34,706 nucleotides of DNA from IMG/VR virus record IMGVR_UViG_3300045988_101705. The stretch is one strand, 5' to 3'. A model generated the notes under the pieces. The model did no database searches. It was not told the origin of the DNA and worked only from the letters and a program-made list of their open reading frames with translations. A program made the translations under genes and the position numbers. Source of the stretch: a virus. Below are positions 32,669-34,706 of this stretch, piece by piece (position 1 is the stretch's first letter; each line of letters opens with the position of its first letter).

Positions 32669-32893
32669 GTTCCCCCGCCTTTCCCTTCTCCCCTTCCTCT
32701 ACGGATCCAGATCTCAAAATATAAAAATATATACTTCGTCGATTTGCTAATACCCATTACAAGGACGGTAAAGGAAAATACTTTATATATAAGAAGAAAG
32801 TCTGTTCGACTGCTGCCGTTTTCTTCCTGCTGCTGAATTGCCCGGCCGCTTCTATTTTGCGTCCGGGCTTTCATTTAATAGAACATTTGTTCT

Positions 32894-33130
32894 TTATTTT
32901 GTTATTGCCTTTCGTGGCTTTTCTTCGTGCTTTACTGTCAGGCCTGTTTCGCCGTCGCTAATATGCACCGCTTCCGGAAGAAGAACAACTTCCTTCGTTC
33001 CTTTGGAATACATCATTTCAAAACACGGCGCCGTCTTGTTTCCCTCTGGCGTGAAACACGCTTCGATCCGGATCTCAAAATCTCCCGGAAGCCCTTCTGT
33101 AATTTCTCTAAATTGTGCAAGTGTAACCAT
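32894..33130 (-). CDS. Hypothetical protein (78 aa)
   Basis: ORF track entry. SD GAAGGAGAAAAAG. Confidence 0.55.
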   Translation of the reverse strand: MVTLAQFREITEGLPGDFEIRIEACFTPEGNKTAPCFEMMYSKGTKEVVLLPEAVHISDGETGLTVKHEEKPRKAITK

Positions 33131-33584
33131 TGTCTTTTTCTCCTTCTTCGTTATTCAGTAATCTTTCTATTTCCGGCGGTAATTCTCCGAAGATCCGACG
33201 GCACTCTATAAGGGCCTTGCGAAGTTCTGCGTTTTCCTGCGCCGCTTCGTTAAGTTTCCTTCTATAATTGCCGCCCGCGTCTCGCGCCTGTTCCAGTAAT
33301 TCTTCCAGTAATTCTTCCAGTGCTTCTTTTTCTGCGTTCAGGTTGTCCGTTGTCTCGAAAAAGGCTTCTTTATACTCTTTCAGTTCCTTTTCTGCTGCTG
33401 CGGCCCGGCCTTCTGCTGTTGTGCGGTCGTAGTCTTCCGCGGCCACGGTTTCGACTAAATATATAAGATAGCCGCCGCTTGTCTGCCCCGTTGCTTCCAT
33501 CTGTAAAACAACCTTTTCAATGTTCTTTACATTGTCCGTTCCTACTACTGCATAAATGCGGCTTTTCTCATGTGTTTTTACCAT
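33108..33584 (-). CDS. Hypothetical coiled-coil protein (158 aa)
   Basis: ORF track entry. SD GAAAGGCGGGGAAAG. Confidence 0.55.
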   Translation of the reverse strand: MVKTHEKSRIYAVVGTDNVKNIEKVVLQMEATGQTSGGYLIYLVETVAAEDYDRTTAEGRAAAAEKELKEYKEAFFETTDNLNAEKEALEELLEELLEQARDAGGNYRRKLNEAAQENAELRKALIECRRIFGELPPEIERLLNNEEGEKDNGYTCTI

Positions 33585-33611
33585 TGACTTTCCCCGCCTT
33601 TCTGATATAAT
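33584..33611 (+). promoter_or_regulatory. Near-consensus plus-strand promoter, antisense to the early operon
   Basis: TTGACT (33584-33589), 16-nt spacer, TATAAT (33606-33611). Confidence 0.45.
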
Positions 33612-33617
33612 GATTTT

Positions 33618-33676
33618 AGGTTAGATTTCCAATGAACGGACTTGAAAAGGCCCCCGCCTTTCAAGCCCGTTTTTTT
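33618..33676 (+). ncRNA. Candidate small RNA of about 59 nt with an anti-SD seed and intrinsic terminator
   Basis: Promoter 7 nt upstream. Seed GGUUAGAUUUCC at 33619-33630. Hairpin cttgaaaagg/cctttcaag at 33641-33665, then T7 at 33670-33676. No ORF. Confidence 0.35.
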
Positions 33677-33677
33677 G

Positions 33678-33950
33678 TTACTCATTTTCAAGTCTTTCAC
33701 GTTCCCCCGCGCTGATATAGTGAAGAACCCGTAAGATCTGGCCGCGCTGTTCTCTGGTAATCTCTCCGACTGCTGCCGCCTGATCCGCGGTTCCTGCATA
33801 ATATCCGGTGTGATATTCCAATTCCTGCAGCGTCCCGCAATTTGTCAGGGTGAATATTGCCAGAAGAATTTCGCTTGTTCTCTTTCTCTGCCTTCTGGCC
33901 CTGCTGTTTCTTCTTGCGATCCTGATCGCTCTTTTAATTCTTTTCCACAT
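33678..33950 (-). CDS. Hypothetical basic protein (90 aa)
   Basis: Start MWKRIK is preceded by AAAGGAGATCTAACC. Confidence 0.55.
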   Translation of the reverse strand: MWKRIKRAIRIARRNSRARRQRKRTSEILLAIFTLTNCGTLQELEYHTGYYAGTADQAAAVGEITREQRGQILRVLHYISAGERERLENE

Positions 33951-34356
33951 GGTTAGATCTCCTTTTCTCAAATTCTGCCTTGTCGATCGGGTTTGCGTAT
34001 GGGTTAAAACCGAACATTCCGGCCGCGTGTCTGTACGGAACCGGGTTTACTGCCTTGTCGTCTATGTAAATGTCGGCGTTTATCTTTCTGCAGTCGTTCT
34101 TGTATAGGTCGATCAGTTCCGGAAGGTTCGCGTTTACTGTGTCGAATGTCAGGCCGTGGGCCTTGCACCACTCCACCGCTTCTTCCAGAAGGTCGCCTTC
34201 TCTGTTTGTCCATAAGATCAGGCGGGCGCCTGCTGCCTGCTGTTCTTTCAGGTGTTCGATCAGGATCTCGTTTTCCTCTCCAATCTCCGGCCACGCCTGC
34301 TTGCAAAGTGTCCCGTCAAAATCTACGGCTATTACCTGATTTCCGTTAATGTCCAT
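33934..34356 (-). CDS. HAD-superfamily phosphatase/nucleotidase-like protein (140 aa)
   Basis: VIAVDFDGTL (DxDGT motif I) ...LILWTNRE... IYIDDKAV. Confidence 0.55.
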   Translation of the reverse strand: MDINGNQVIAVDFDGTLCKQAWPEIGEENEILIEHLKEQQAAGARLILWTNREGDLLEEAVEWCKAHGLTFDTVNANLPELIDLYKNDCRKINADIYIDDKAVNPVPYRHAAGMFGFNPYANPIDKAEFEKRRSNHVEKN

Positions 34357-34499
34357 TAACTCGCCTTCCTTTCCTGCTTCCGGTCTGCCATTAAAGACAA
34401 GTTAAGCGGCTTCATATTTCGGATCGCGTCGTTTAGCTGCGTTTCATTCGTGATCCCCATTTCTGCCAGTGCTGCTTCGATCGCTTTTCTCTGGTTCAT
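34356..34499 (-). CDS. Small hypothetical protein (47 aa)
   Basis: My own translation gives MNQRKAIEAALAEMGITNETQLNDAIRNMKPLNLSLMADRKQERKAS. ATGA and TAATG overlaps couple it to both neighbours. Confidence 0.45.
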   Translation of the reverse strand: MNQRKAIEAALAEMGITNETQLNDAIRNMKPLNLSLMADRKQERKAS

Positions 34500-34706
34500 A
34501 ATTCACCCCGCCTTTCTGTCTCTGATAAGCATTGATCCACGGCCCGAAGGTCTATACTGCTAATAATGCCTTTCCGGGCCATGGCTGCGGTTTGTATCGC
34601 TTCCACGGCCAGATCAAGGGCTGTTTTATAAATGCCTGTTAATTCTTCGTGCAGTGCTTCCGGATCGTGGTTTTCTTTCACGCCGATCCAGAAATTATTC
34701 ATTAAA
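34496..34706 (-). CDS. 3' part of the wrap-around gene that starts at 277 (34588..34706 duplicates 1..119)
   Basis: Same reading frame across the circular junction. Stop TGA at 34496-34498. Confidence 0.6.
   Translation of the reverse strand, partial: LMNNFWIGVKENHDPEALHEELTGIYKTALDLAVEAIQTAAMARKGIISSIDLRAVDQCLSETERRGEL
34588..34706. repeat. Terminal overlap copy 2 (identical to 1..119)
   Basis: Same as copy 1. Confidence 0.95.

Larger units (their letters stand above)
1..34587. mobile_element. Complete circularly closed temperate tailed-phage genome (unit length 34,587 bp)
   Basis: Exact 119-bp overlap of the window ends. Full lysogeny, replication, packaging, head, tail and lysis modules are present, mostly on the minus strand. 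Confidence 0.85.

Noticed and set aside
32880-32893. AGAACATTTGTTCT, which matches the Gram-positive LexA (Cheo) box core GAAC-N4-GTTC.
   Set aside because: An 8-nt core is expected about once by chance in 69 kb of two-strand sequence. It abuts a stop codon and no convincing -35/-10 overlaps it. A LexA binding test would be needed before any claim.

Overview
The window is one complete, circularly closed temperate siphovirus-type phage genome. The unit length is 34,587 bp, because bases 1-119 are repeated exactly at 34588-34706. Almost all genes lie on the minus strand. Reading down the minus strand the order is: early/replication genes (HAD-like hydrolase, HUH Rep-like protein, VRR-NUC), a candidate late regulator, HNH endonuclease, TerS, TerL, portal, ClpP-type prohead protease, HK97-type capsid, connector and tail-completion genes, major tail protein, G/GT chaperones with a canonical -1 slippery site, tape measure, Dit, Tal-like protein and fibre-like protein. 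These are followed by a diversity-generating retroelement (DGR), then holin and a multidomain endolysin. The plus strand carries the lysogeny genes: a CI-like repressor, a large serine integrase and a small HTH protein.

The standout feature is the full DGR: a target gene with a C-terminal variable repeat (VR), an Avd-like gene, a 127-bp template repeat (TR) and a reverse transcriptase. TR and VR differ at 13 positions, 12 of them at coding-strand adenines of the TR.

Other features worth a second look:
- Two adenine methyltransferase genes are both interrupted, one by a G9 homopolymer frameshift and one by an in-frame TAG.
- A truncated host-like miaB 5' end with its own promoter probably marks the attachment site.
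- A conserved 18-nt motif occurs three times, each exactly 19 nt upstream of a TAnnAT hexamer, which suggests a phage-specific late promoter class.
- A possible plus-strand small RNA is complementary to a ribosome-binding context shared by several early genes.
- The repressor/cro switch has three AAACGC-N5/6-GCGTTT operators.

All protein calls come from motifs read by eye. No database search was run.
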